Positions 30,897 through 40,724 of a DNA stretch of 64,000 bases are shown in pieces (the first letter of the stretch is position 1; every line of letters starts with the position of its first letter). The stretch comes from Candidatus Limnocylindrales bacterium (lineage in GTDB: Bacteria; Chloroflexota; Limnocylindria; Limnocylindrales; CSP1-4): positions 8,081 to 72,080 of the forward strand of contig JBEKCH010000003.1 in NCBI GenBank assembly GCA_050014975.1. Direction: 5' to 3'. The position numbers were made by a program, and so were the translations under genes. The notes beneath the pieces are model-generated. The model worked only from the letters and a program-made list of their open reading frames with translations. It made no database searches and was not told where the DNA came from.

Positions 30897-32730
30897 CGGG
30901 CTGCGTCTCGACCGGCTCGATGGGCAGTTCCGGGCCCTGAACTGCGAAGCCGGCCCGCTCCAGGTAATCACGAGCGAGCGCCACGGCAGGCGCCTCGATC
31001 GCCGTGGCCGCGGGCTCGACGGTGGGCACCACGGTGGGCTCGACGGTGGGCTCGACTGCCCCGAGCTCTGCCGCAGCCTCGACGACCTGCTCGGGCTCCC
31101 ATGCGACCGACGCTACCTGCTCCGCCGGCTCGGCCTGACGAAGGAGGTCACCGCGGGCGCGCATGTAGGCCTCGAGCAAGCCATCGACCTTTTCTTTCGG
31201 ATCGGCCGCGCCTGGGATGTCGGCCCGGGGCTCGAATGGCTCGGCGCTGCGATCGGAAGCGGACTCCCGCGGGGCTTTACCGGCCGGCCCGATGGCCGCC
31301 GGAACCTCAGTCGGCGGCTCCGAGCCCGGCTCGCCGAGGGTCATCCGATGGACCCAACCAGTGCGCCCGTCGGGGCAGAGGACCCGCCAGTAGACGCCGC
31401 GGCGCTCCAGGAGCTGGACTTCGTCGCCGCGATCCAGGACGCCAATCTCGGCGGCGCGGACCTCGTCCGGGGAATCGAGCAATCGGACCAGGCGATAGCG
31501 GATATGGCGGCGCTCGTAGCTCTCGAGAGGGCGCACGCCGGCCGCCTCGAACGAGAGGTGCGGCGCCTCCGTCACCACCCGCAACGGGTCGGTCTTCCTG
31601 ACCTGCTGCAGCGAAGGCCGGCGCCAGCGAGGCAGCAGCGACTCGTCGACGACTCGCAACCCCGGCGCCGCTCCCGTATCCACGCCGGAGGCCGCCGCTG
31701 TGGCGAGCTGCAAGTCCGGTTGGGACTGGTCGCCGTCGCGCCGCCGCTTGCCGAAGATCACGAAGGCGGCCCAGGCGGCTCCACTGGTAGTTGCCGCGGC
31801 GATGCTCGGCGCCAGCTCACGCAGGAGCGTGGGCAGGGAGGCGCTGCGGTACGGCGCCAGCGGATCGACAAAGACGGGCTCGACGCCGACGGCCGTCGCG
31901 CCGTTCGTTTGCTGGACGCCGCCGCCGGCGACGTTGCTGGTGGCGCCCTGACCGCCGACCGTCCCCACTGCCCCACCCGTGCCATCACCGGGATCGGCGT
32001 TGCCGTTCCGAGCGGGCTGTCCGCCCGCGGCGCCGGGTGCGTTCGTGGCTGCGGAACCACCCATGCGCGGGCCCGATTGGCTGGGGTCGCCGGGAGCGGG
32101 AGTGACTGCGCCGGCGGGCGCCGGGGTGGCATGCGGTCGAGGAGTGGCCTGGCCCGCGCCGGGCGCTGGAGAGGCATCGCCCGAACCGGTTCCGCCGTTG
32201 TCGCCGTCACAGCCGCGGCCCCCGCGGGCGCCGGCGATCGGGGTAGGGGCAGGCTTCACCGTTGCCGTGGCCGCCGGCGTTGGAGTGGAAGCGGGCCGGA
32301 GCCTGGTAGTGGAAGTGGGTGCCGGACTCGACCCGGGGTCCGTGACCTGGACGTCGCCCGCCCAGAGCACCTCTTCGGTACCGACGGAATCGGTCGCGCG
32401 AAAGGCGACGGCGTGCCAGCCGACGGCCGGAGTCATGGAAACCGTGTAGCGCACTCCGGCGGTGAAGTCAGCCGAGCCGGCGATCATCGTCTTGCGGGCA
32501 TCGCCGATCTGTGCCACTACGGACTGAGGCGCGCCGCCGGCATCGGTGTACGTGACCGCCAGGATCACGGCCCCGCCGGACTCCACCTGGCGCGGCGAGA
32601 CGGAGGCATTCGAGAGGTGACCGGACTGGTGAGCCGCGGCGCCGCTGATCGCCAGGAGCAGCAGCAGCAGCGCAAACGGCGACGCGACCAGCCAGCTGGC
32701 GCAGAGCTTGACATGGCGCCGTCTCGACAA
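30742..32730 (-). CDS. Secreted/membrane protein with P/T/G-rich linker, TM segment and C-terminal SH3b-like domain
   Basis: Signal peptide; AAWAAFVIFGKRRR TM; LDRGDEVQLLERRGVYWRVLCPDGRTGWVH; start and 3' end uncertain. Confidence 0.7.
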   Translation of the reverse strand: MSRRRHVKLCASWLVASPFALLLLLLAISGAAAHQSGHLSNASVSPRQVESGGAVILAVTYTDAGGAPQSVVAQIGDARKTMIAGSADFTAGVRYTVSMTPAVGWHAVAFRATDSVGTEEVLWAGDVQVTDPGSSPAPTSTTRLRPASTPTPAATATVKPAPTPIAGARGGRGCDGDNGGTGSGDASPAPGAGQATPRPHATPAPAGAVTPAPGDPSQSGPRMGGSAATNAPGAAGGQPARNGNADPGDGTGGAVGTVGGQGATSNVAGGGVQQTNGATAVGVEPVFVDPLAPYRSASLPTLLRELAPSIAAATTSGAAWAAFVIFGKRRRDGDQSQPDLQLATAAASGVDTGAAPGLRVVDESLLPRWRRPSLQQVRKTDPLRVVTEAPHLSFEAAGVRPLESYERRHIRYRLVRLLDSPDEVRAAEIGVLDRGDEVQLLERRGVYWRVLCPDGRTGWVHRMTLGEPGSEPPTEVPAAIGPAGKAPRESASDRSAEPFEPRADIPGAADPKEKVDGLLEAYMRARGDLLRQAEPAEQVASVAWEPEQVVEAAAELGAVEPTVEPTVVPTVEPAATAIEAPAVALARDYLERAGFAVQGPELPIEPVETQPVIVPSDGASSESSRAAEPEHAGARCSGRKSAGSRKASSGSRPGTRSRRPSR

Positions 32731-33026
32731 CTACGCAATCCTCCGCGGACACACGAGCCCGTCTGATTCTGGACAATGGGACCGCCGGGGGGAGCGGGCA
32801 ATGGTACGGGCGTCATGGCACCCATGACCGGGCTCGAAGCCTCTGCCGGTCAACCTCTCAAGCCGCCTTGTAACCGCCGCAGAGGACCGGTCGCTGGACC
32901 GGTCAACACTCCACCGAACCCCACCGGTGCTCCGCCGAAGGGTCCGATTGACCCATCTGGGACGGGCCCGATCGACCGGTGCGCAGACGCACCGGGTTGG
33001 ACCGCGGTGACACCGGGCAACTGGTC

Positions 33027-33950
33027 ATGGGACGTAGTGCCGCCGAGGCCGCTCTCGACCTGCCGCGCGAGATCCCCCTGCTGCCGGTGTTCCTCTTGAG
33101 CGAGGGGACCCGGCCACGCTCCGCACGAACGGCCTTTCGATCCCGTCCTATCCGTTCCCGGAAGACGCCGCCCGCGCGCTGGCCCACGCCGTTCGATACG
33201 GCATCTGGGCTCAGATAGCCGAGGGCGTCGTCCCTCGGTACGGCGACCTCCGCACATCCGCACCTCCGCACCTCCGCACCTCCGCACCTCCGAGGGCAAG
33301 GCTCTCATCGCGGATGTCCTGGCCTCGCCACAGGGCATCGGCGAAGACGATTCGCGCTGGCTGCTTCCCGACGAAGTCGCGAAGCTGCCCGACTGCTACC
33401 GCATCCCGATGGCGGCGTGGCGCCTGGCGGCCACTCCGGAAGACGCGGGCGCCGCCGGGGCGGAGCTCGGCGGCAGGGTGGCGCTCAAGCGCGGCCGAGG
33501 TCAAGGCTCAAGCGTCGAAATGGCCGCGCGCATCGCCGCGCAGGGCACGAAGGTCGAGGAGTTCTTCGCCCAGGGGATGGTCCCGTCCGGCGGCGTGGAG
33601 ATGCTCGTCGGCGTCGTCCACGACATGCTCGTCGGCCCGGTCGTGGCCTGCGCCGCCGGCGGCACGGCGGTCGAGGTCATGCAGGACGTCAAGGTCCGCA
33701 TCACGCCGCTGACCGACAGCGACACCCACGTGGCGGATACCTCGTTGCGTACGTTCCCGCTCCTCGACGGCTTCCGCGCCGCGCCCAAGCGCTACATGGC
33801 CGGCCTGGAGGAACTGCTCCTGCGCGTGGCCGCCATGGGGGAGCAGCACCCGGAGATCGCGGAGATGGACGCCAACCCGGTCATCGTCCGCCCCGAGGGC
33901 GCGGTCATCGTCGACGCGCGCATCCGCATCGAGGCAGCCAGGAGTAACGC
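33027..33950 (+). pseudogene. Degraded acyl-CoA synthetase (ADP-forming)/Pat-type ATP-grasp remnant
   Basis: Fragments in different frames: 'IPSYPFPEDAARALAHAVRY', 'GGRVALK', 'GVEMLVGVVHD..VGPVVACAAGG', 'EMDANPVIV...IVDARIR'; N-terminal domains absent; boundaries approximate. Confidence 0.8.
33248..33292. repeat. 8-bp tandem repeat (CTCCGCAC) x5.5 inside the pseudogene
   Basis: Read directly; one unit is ATCCGCAC. Confidence 0.9.
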
Positions 33951-34032
33951 TCCGCCGGCTACCGAGCCGGCATCGTCACCGCCGGAAACGCAGGCCGCCT
34001 CTCTTGAGGCGGCCTGCGCGGCTGTTCCAGCC

Positions 34033-35820
34033 TCAAACGCGATCGATCAGCCGGCGACCGTCCACCCAGCCACGCCAGCCGTTGATGGCCCGAACGAGAG
34101 CCCAGGCGCCCGCGCGCGACTCCACGACGAGCTCTAGACGCTCCGGCAGGTTGAGCATGGGCGGGCGCGATGGGTCGGGGGCGTTCCACGCGGCCATCCC
34201 GCCGGGGGGCACGAGGTGCGTCGGGGCCCAGGTCGGGGGACCAGGCGGTGCCGCCGGTGCCGGCGCGGCCGCCGGGGCGACCGGCTCGGGCGCAGGAGTG
34301 CCCGGCGGCTCGGACACCGCCTCCACCTTCGCCTCAGCAGCCGCCTCCACCGTCGCCTCAGACGCAGGCTTCACGTCGGCGACGGGAGCAGCCGCAGCCA
34401 GGGACGCGGCGGCCGTCAGCGGAGCCGCGACCGGCGCGGCGGCCGGGGCAGCCGTGGGGACCGGCGCAGGAGCAGGCACCGAAGCTGCCGCAGGAGCGCC
34501 CACCGGGCCGGCGGCCGGCGCGTAAGCCACGGGGACGGGGGTCGCGGCATAGGCTGCGGGGACGGGGGTCGCGGCATAGGCTGCGGGGACGGGCACCGGA
34601 GCCGTCACGAACGGCAGCGCTCCGATCCGCTCGCGAATGCCGCGGATCTTCAAGCGTTGCGCATCGAGGGTCGGATCGATGACTGAGCCGACCCGGCTGC
34701 GGGTCATGGCGTACTCGATCTGGGCGGCCTGGAGCTGCCCGGTGAGCTTCGAGCCCATTGGGCCGCGCAGCCGCCGCGCCGCAGATCGAGCCACCCGCCG
34801 GGACATCAGGCTTCCCAGCGACTGGATCTCGGGTTCGGTGATGACCTGCGGATCGGGCTCGCCGGCGACGATGGCGCGGAAGTTAGTCTCTTCGCTGCGG
34901 GTCGCCAGCACGACCATCACGACGAGCAGGATGAGGAACGGCAGGCCCTTGATCGCACCGTACTCGGTCCACTGCACGACGCTGGGTTCGCCAGCGCCCG
35001 AGGCCACGTTCAGAACGGACATCATCCACGGCGAATCCCAGACGAAGTGCGCTCCGGCGCCCGCCACGACGAGCGCCACGAAGACGAACAGGCGCTTTGA
35101 GAACGCCGTCTGACGGCGTGTCACGAAGTACGCGAATCCCATGCCGGTCAGGCCGGCGAAGAGGACGTGGCTATAGAGCCCGCCGGCGACCACCCTGATG
35201 AGGAATGTGTCGATGACGGGCCCGGTTTGATCCGTGCCCCCGAACGCGGCAGCGGCGTTGATGAAATAGGACACGTCTTCGACCACCGTGAAACCCAGGC
35301 CGATCATCGCGCCGTAGACGAAGCCGTCCATGACCCCGTCGAATTCGGCCGGGACGATCAGGAAGAGGACGACGACACCCGTCAGCTTGAGAGTCTCCTC
35401 GGTGACTGGCGCGATGATCGCCGCGCCCCACTGGGCCGTGAAATCGGCGGGAGTGATCTTGCCCAGGATCGAGAGCCAGGCGTCGTTGGCGTAGCCGGCC
35501 AGGCTGGCGGCAACAACGCCGCCCCACAGCAGAGCGGCCGCCAGCATCAGCTTTGGCTCGCGCTCGAACAGATCGAGGCTATACACGATGAGGAAAACCG
35601 GGGCCGCGTAGACCAGGACCAGCGCCCATGACAGGGTTAGGGCGGTGGGCAGCTGGGTCATGACCGACTGCTCGTCGAGGAATAGGTAGCCGCCGATGCC
35701 GAGCAGGACGAGGTAGAGCCAGAAAGCCGGCTGACGCGGCTGGATCAGTGAGGCCTGGACACCCCAGCGCGGTGCCGGAGCGGCCGGGCCGACATTGGTC
35801 GGTGCGACGTAAGCGCTCAT
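34033..35820 (-). CDS. prsW: PrsW family intramembrane glutamic protease with Pro/Ala-rich linker and C-terminal SH3-like domain
   Basis: APVTEETLK, DGFVYGAMIGLGFTVVED, SHVLF, AHFVWD; GAWALVRAINGWRGWVD. Confidence 0.88.
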   Translation of the reverse strand: MSAYVAPTNVGPAAPAPRWGVQASLIQPRQPAFWLYLVLLGIGGYLFLDEQSVMTQLPTALTLSWALVLVYAAPVFLIVYSLDLFEREPKLMLAAALLWGGVVAASLAGYANDAWLSILGKITPADFTAQWGAAIIAPVTEETLKLTGVVVLFLIVPAEFDGVMDGFVYGAMIGLGFTVVEDVSYFINAAAAFGGTDQTGPVIDTFLIRVVAGGLYSHVLFAGLTGMGFAYFVTRRQTAFSKRLFVFVALVVAGAGAHFVWDSPWMMSVLNVASGAGEPSVVQWTEYGAIKGLPFLILLVVMVVLATRSEETNFRAIVAGEPDPQVITEPEIQSLGSLMSRRVARSAARRLRGPMGSKLTGQLQAAQIEYAMTRSRVGSVIDPTLDAQRLKIRGIRERIGALPFVTAPVPVPAAYAATPVPAAYAATPVPVAYAPAAGPVGAPAAASVPAPAPVPTAAPAAAPVAAPLTAAASLAAAAPVADVKPASEATVEAAAEAKVEAVSEPPGTPAPEPVAPAAAPAPAAPPGPPTWAPTHLVPPGGMAAWNAPDPSRPPMLNLPERLELVVESRAGAWALVRAINGWRGWVDGRRLIDRV

Positions 35821-36701
35821 TGACCCACCTCGACGCTGGAAACCATGGCTTTGACGTCATCGGCAATGTCGTACAGGCCGCCTTGAGGCGTGACGGCTTC
35901 GAAGACGACGGCGTTGTCGCCGGCAATCAGGCAGATGATCTCGCCGTCCACGGTGCCGGATCCCGATGGGCCCGACACAACCGCCTCGAAGCCGGCCATG
36001 GCCGCCTCGAAGCCGGACACGGTCCCGTCCTGCTCATCGGTGAACGAGACCTGAGCGGTTTCCGAGGAGATCGAGTCTTCCACCTCGTGGAGGGCCGCGC
36101 TGGCCGATCCGGTGTACGACACGGCCTGAACCGTGAGCTGGTCGTTGGCCTTCTGAAGCACGACGCCGTCCACGCTGCCGTCGTCGGTGCGGACCCAGCC
36201 GGGTGCGGCGGTGATCGTGACGCCGTTGCCGACGTCCACGGTGCCGGCGCTCGGGGCGGCGATCACCTTGTCCAGGCCTATGCCGCCCAGCACCACGGCC
36301 GCGATGATGGCCGCGACCACGACCGTGGGCAGCCATTTCTGGCGGTCGAAAAGCGGCTTGCGGGCGACGGCCGGGACGGCCGCGGGAGCCCATGCGGGCT
36401 GACCGTAGCCGGGCGGGGGGTACCCGGGCTGACCGTAGCCGGGCGGGGGGTACCCGGGCTGGGCCGCCGGCGCGGGCTGGGCCGCGGACCCAGGAGCGAC
36501 CTGGGCCTGCTGCTCCAGAACCGCGGCCACCGGCAGTTCCGGTGGGCCGGCTGCGGGACCGGTCGCCGCCTGGGCCGTACCCGCCCACGGCGGGGGCACG
36601 GCGGGCACTGCCCAGCGCGGTGCTTCCGCCGAGTCGACACGTTCGCCGTCCTCGGCGTCTGGTTGCGCCGTGTTGGGCACGTCGGGAGGGAGGGAGCTCA
36701 T
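35817..36701 (-). CDS. Single-TM hypothetical protein with QPGYPPPGYG repeats and an extracellular domain
   Basis: Pro-rich N terminus, one TM; 4-nt overlap with prsW start. Confidence 0.75.
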   Translation of the reverse strand: MSSLPPDVPNTAQPDAEDGERVDSAEAPRWAVPAVPPPWAGTAQAATGPAAGPPELPVAAVLEQQAQVAPGSAAQPAPAAQPGYPPPGYGQPGYPPPGYGQPAWAPAAVPAVARKPLFDRQKWLPTVVVAAIIAAVVLGGIGLDKVIAAPSAGTVDVGNGVTITAAPGWVRTDDGSVDGVVLQKANDQLTVQAVSYTGSASAALHEVEDSISSETAQVSFTDEQDGTVSGFEAAMAGFEAVVSGPSGSGTVDGEIICLIAGDNAVVFEAVTPQGGLYDIADDVKAMVSSVEVGQ

Positions 36702-36876
36702 CGCGGACGATCCTCTCGCTGCTCGCCGTTACGGGCGAATCTCCGGCCAGTCGACGGTTGCTGAAACGCTGCCAGGAAGCGCGCTGCAATCGTACGAGGG
36801 CGAGGAACGCTTGGGGAGCCCCGAAAACTAAGCGCTGCCTTGGGTAATCGTCAGGGCCGGCGGCTGACCGAACGGC

Positions 36877-37656
36877 TCAAGAACCAGGCTCCCGGTCGTC
36901 GCCGTCGGGCCATGCCGGACCGGGATCGTCCTCGAAGCCGTGCCGCCGCGAAAGCGGCTCGCTCGACTCCGCATCGCGTTGTCGGCGACGTTCGGCCCTT
37001 CCGGGGAACAGCGCGTCGAGCAGGGCCCGGTACTGGTACGGGTTGGCCAGGCCGAACAGGATCGCGATCGCGGCGATGTAGAGGTAGCCGGTTTCGATCG
37101 CCAGGGCCGCCACGAGAGCGCTCGAGACGATGCTCGCGCCAAGCGCGATAACGCGACCGCGCTCGCCGAGCGCGACCATCGTCAGGTGCATGAGGACGTG
37201 GCCACCGTCGAGCCCGGCGATCGGCAACAGGTTGAAGATGCCCCAGCCCATGTTGACGAAGATCCACATCCCGACGGCAAACCGAACGTCCGGGCTCTGG
37301 CCCGCCACGACCGGCTCGAGCGCGAGACCGGCGGCGCCCAGGACCAGGCCGACGCACGGCCCCGCCAGGGCCACGACCAGCATCTGGCGATCCGGAAGCT
37401 TCGCCGCGGCCTCCTGATCGTTCGGGACGGCGAGCCCGCCCAGGGTCCAGAAGCGGATCGACGACTCGAGCCCGTAGCGCCTGAACGCCAGGGCGTGCCC
37501 GAGCTCGTGAAGCAGGATCGCGGCGGTGCCGAAGACCACCCAGATCGCCAGGTAGATGCCGGCGAACCGCGAGATGTACCCCAGGAGCAGCAGGAAGGCC
37601 GGAAAGGCGAGGCCGATCGTGATCGGGAACCCGAGGACCCGAACGGTTATCGCCAT
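36877..37656 (-). CDS. Site-2 protease (M50) family metalloprotease
   Basis: HELGH, LAGP, FNLLPIAGLDGG. Confidence 0.92.
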   Translation of the reverse strand: MAITVRVLGFPITIGLAFPAFLLLLGYISRFAGIYLAIWVVFGTAAILLHELGHALAFRRYGLESSIRFWTLGGLAVPNDQEAAAKLPDRQMLVVALAGPCVGLVLGAAGLALEPVVAGQSPDVRFAVGMWIFVNMGWGIFNLLPIAGLDGGHVLMHLTMVALGERGRVIALGASIVSSALVAALAIETGYLYIAAIAILFGLANPYQYRALLDALFPGRAERRRQRDAESSEPLSRRHGFEDDPGPAWPDGDDREPGS

Positions 37657-37710
37657 GGTGCTCGCTGCGCTCCTGGAAGCCCGGCCCAGGCCGGTTGGGA
37701 AAGGTCCAGC

Positions 37711-38211
37711 TTAGTCCAGCGTCAGCTGGAGGTAGTCGCCCGTTCGAAAGCCCATGGCCTCGTACAGCGGCCGGCCATCGCTGCTGGCGCGAAGCCAGAT
37801 CCGGCGGACGCCCGCGGCCCTGGCCTCCTCGACGAGCCGCTCCACGAGCGCTCGGGCCAGCCCCAGCCGCCGTGCCTCCGGCCGGGTGTAGACGTTGAGG
37901 ATGTAGGCCTCCACGCCGCCCGGGTTGATGGGGCCGGGCGGATGAGCGAACCACAGCAGGCCCGCGCTGGCCACGGGCCGGCCATCGAGGTCCGCCAGCC
38001 AGGCCTCGAAGTCGCGCTCGAGGTGGTCCTCGATCCATCGCTCGTTGGCTTCGCGCATGGCTGCCGATTCGGCCGGTTGCAGGGTCCCCGCGCCTGGATC
38101 GTGGCCGGCCAGCTCCGCGAGCATCGCGAGTCGAAACTCGACCAGAATGGCGCGATCCGCCGCCGTCGCCGGGCGGATCAGGACGCGGCCGGTGTCGAGG
38201 CGCGTTGTCAT
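37711..38211 (-). CDS. GNAT family N-acetyltransferase
   Basis: NVYTRPEARRLGLARAL, GRPLYEAMGF. Confidence 0.9.
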   Translation of the reverse strand: MTTRLDTGRVLIRPATAADRAILVEFRLAMLAELAGHDPGAGTLQPAESAAMREANERWIEDHLERDFEAWLADLDGRPVASAGLLWFAHPPGPINPGGVEAYILNVYTRPEARRLGLARALVERLVEEARAAGVRRIWLRASSDGRPLYEAMGFRTGDYLQLTLD

Positions 38212-38376
38212 GCCCGAATGATGCCCGCTGTCCACGGGCTGCGCCAGGCCTGGTGCGGTGACGCGACCGCCGGGTCGCCCTGTGCCCATGCCACGGTGGT
38301 CCTCGCGTTCCGATCGGCTGAAGCCCCACGGTAGCCAGCTGCCTGGAGACGCGCTAGCATGTTGGTCGGTTCAACC

Positions 38377-38424
38377 CGCGATGAAGCTCGCGCAGTTTCC
38401 CGCCCAGCGGGTGATGGCTTCTGG
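38377..38424 (+). ncRNA. Fluoride riboswitch (crcB motif)
   Basis: CGCGATGAAGCTCGCG (P1 CGCGA/TCGCG), P2 CCCGC-cca-GCGGG, TGATGGCTTCT forming pseudoknot GAAGCT/GGCTTC; -10 TAGCAT at 38355. Confidence 0.82.
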
Positions 38425-38450
38425 ACACCGGTCCGGAGGCCTTTTTCGTT
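38416..38450 (+). terminator. Terminator overlapping the fluoride aptamer 3' end
   Basis: GGCTTCTGGAC-accg-GTCCGGAGGCC (11 bp, 2 G-U) followed by TTTTTCGTT. Confidence 0.85.
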
Positions 38451-38481
38451 ATCAGGCGGCCGCGGCCACTGGGGACGAATC

Positions 38482-39492
38482 ATGAGCAAGACCGACCCTG
38501 TCGAAACGGAGGCCGCGCCGGCCGGTGGACTTCCGAACACCAGCCAGGCACGTATCGGCCGCTTCTGGCGGGATCTCCGGGCTGCGGTCGCGGGCGCCGT
38601 CGTAGGTGAAGAGCCGGCCCTGCGTCTCCTTGCCGTGGCCCTGCTCGCCGACGGCCACGCTCTCATCGAGGACGTCCCAGGCGTGGGCAAGACGTTGCTC
38701 GCCCGCGCGTTCGCCCGCTCGCTCGGCCTTTCGTTCAGCCGCGTACAGGGGACACCCGACCTGCTCCCGACCGACGTTACTGGATCCAGCATCCTCGAGG
38801 CCGGCCGGCTGCGCTTCGTAGCGGGCCCGGTCTTCGCCAACGTCCTCCTGGTCGACGAGATCAACCGCGCCACGCCGCGTACCCAGTCGGCGTTTCTCGA
38901 GGCGATGCAGGAGCGCCAGGTCTCGATCGAGGGCGAGACGCGACCACTGCCTTCACCGTTCCTGGTCGTAGCCACGCAGAACCCCATCGAGCTCGAAGGG
39001 ACGTTCTCGCTGCCGGAGGCCCAGCTCGATCGATTCCTGGTCCGCGTGACCATGGGCTACCCGGACCGCGACGAAGAGCGGCGGATCGCCCGGCGCTACC
39101 GCGGCGGCGATGAGCCGCTGGATCGAATCGAACCGATCGTCGACCGTGACACGCTCCTCGCTCTGAAGCGGGCGGTAAGCGAGACCGTCGTCAGCGACGC
39201 CGTGGAAGGCTATGCGGTCGACCTGGCCCGCGCGACGCGGGGGCACGCGGACATCCGCCTCGGGGCGAGCCCGCGGACGAGCGTGGCGCTCTTCCGGGCG
39301 AGTCAGGCCTGGGCCGCTCTCGAGGGGCGAGGCTTCGTCCTGCCCGACGACGTGGTCGCGGTCGCCCGCCCGGTCCTGGCCCACCGGCTCCTGCTCGACG
39401 TGGACCGCCAGCTCCGCGGCGCGACCGTCGAGCGGGTGCTGATCGAGGTGCTGGACTCGGTGCCGGTGCCGGTGCCGGTACCCGAAAGATGA
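38482..39492 (+). CDS. moxR: MoxR family AAA+ ATPase (MRP subfamily)
   Basis: EDVPGVGKT, DLLPTDVTG, DEINRATPRTQSAFLEAM, ATQNPIELEGT, PEAQLDRF. Confidence 0.95.
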   Translation: MSKTDPVETEAAPAGGLPNTSQARIGRFWRDLRAAVAGAVVGEEPALRLLAVALLADGHALIEDVPGVGKTLLARAFARSLGLSFSRVQGTPDLLPTDVTGSSILEAGRLRFVAGPVFANVLLVDEINRATPRTQSAFLEAMQERQVSIEGETRPLPSPFLVVATQNPIELEGTFSLPEAQLDRFLVRVTMGYPDRDEERRIARRYRGGDEPLDRIEPIVDRDTLLALKRAVSETVVSDAVEGYAVDLARATRGHADIRLGASPRTSVALFRASQAWAALEGRGFVLPDDVVAVARPVLAHRLLLDVDRQLRGATVERVLIEVLDSVPVPVPVPER

Positions 39493-40724
39493 CCCGAGCG
39501 GGACTCGCCTTCGGTCTCGCCCTCGTCGTCGCCGGCGCGGTCGTGGCGGCGCCCGGACTCGTCCTCGTCGGGGTCCTGGACCTCCTGACGGTCGGCGTGA
39601 CCGGGTTGTGGAGTAGCTACGGATTGCACAACCTGCACTATGAACGGACGATCGGCAGCGACCGGGCGGTCTGGGGCGACGAGGTGCCCCTCGACGTCGC
39701 GGTCTGGAACGATAAACCGCTTCCTCTTGCCTGGCTCCTGATCGACGATTTCGCGACCCAGGGCGCGGTCGTGCGCGATGAGCCCCTCGCGCGGAGCGAT
39801 CGACCCGGCTTCACGATTCTGCGCAGCCGCTGGACGGTCGGCTGGTACGAGCGCGTCGTGCGCCATCTCACGATCCTGGCCGACCACCGCGGCGTGTATT
39901 CCTTCGGCCCCGTTCGCGTCACGGTCGCCGACCTGTTCGGCCACGGGGCGGCGACCGAGGAGCACGAAGACCGCGGCGCGTACATCGTGCGGCCGCGCAG
40001 CCTGCCGGTTCGCCTGGCCAGCCAGCAGCAGGCTCCAGCAGGCTACCTTCGAGCCCGCCACAGCCTTTTCGAGGACCCGGCTCTCTTCGCCGGCGTCCGC
40101 CCTTATCAGCCAGGCGATCCGCTGCGGCGTGTCCACTGGCGCGCGACCGCTCGGACGGGGGCAACCGTGAGCAAGCGGTTCGACCCATCCCGCGCGCTTC
40201 AGGTGCTCGTCGCGCTCGACGTTCAGACCGTGGCGGGCCCGCACTGGACGCTGCACTTCGACGAGGACCTCGTTGAGAGCCTGATGGTCGCGGCGGCCTC
40301 CCTGGCACGCCAGGCGCTCGCCGAGGGCGCATCGTGCGGCCTGGCCGCGGCGGCGTTCAGCCGGACCCTCAACCTGTTCGCCCTGGCCGCCCCACGTGCC
40401 GGCCGGGACCAGCTGGCCGCGATCACCGACCTGCTGGGGCGCCTCAGCGAGGTGCCGTCGGCGCCTTTCGAGCGCCTCCTCGCTCGCCTGCCGCAGACAG
40501 TCTCACCGGGCACCACCGTCCTGGTGCTCACCGCCCGCGACCCCGCACCGTACATCGCCGCGCTCAGCCGGCTCGACAGATCCGGCTACCACGTCCAGCT
40601 TGTCGGGCTCGGCCCGAACGGCGATCGTGCCGCGGCGCGGGCCCGGGCGGTCGGACTCGCGGCGACGATCGGCTCGCTCACGCCGGACTGGCGGACCAGC
40701 GATGCGTTGGTCCTGGCGAGCTGA
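39489..40724 (+). CDS. DUF58 domain-containing protein
   Basis: GVRPYQPGDPLRRVHWRATAR; coupled to moxR. Confidence 0.92.
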   Translation: MTRAGLAFGLALVVAGAVVAAPGLVLVGVLDLLTVGVTGLWSSYGLHNLHYERTIGSDRAVWGDEVPLDVAVWNDKPLPLAWLLIDDFATQGAVVRDEPLARSDRPGFTILRSRWTVGWYERVVRHLTILADHRGVYSFGPVRVTVADLFGHGAATEEHEDRGAYIVRPRSLPVRLASQQQAPAGYLRARHSLFEDPALFAGVRPYQPGDPLRRVHWRATARTGATVSKRFDPSRALQVLVALDVQTVAGPHWTLHFDEDLVESLMVAAASLARQALAEGASCGLAAAAFSRTLNLFALAAPRAGRDQLAAITDLLGRLSEVPSAPFERLLARLPQTVSPGTTVLVLTARDPAPYIAALSRLDRSGYHVQLVGLGPNGDRAAARARAVGLAATIGSLTPDWRTSDALVLAS

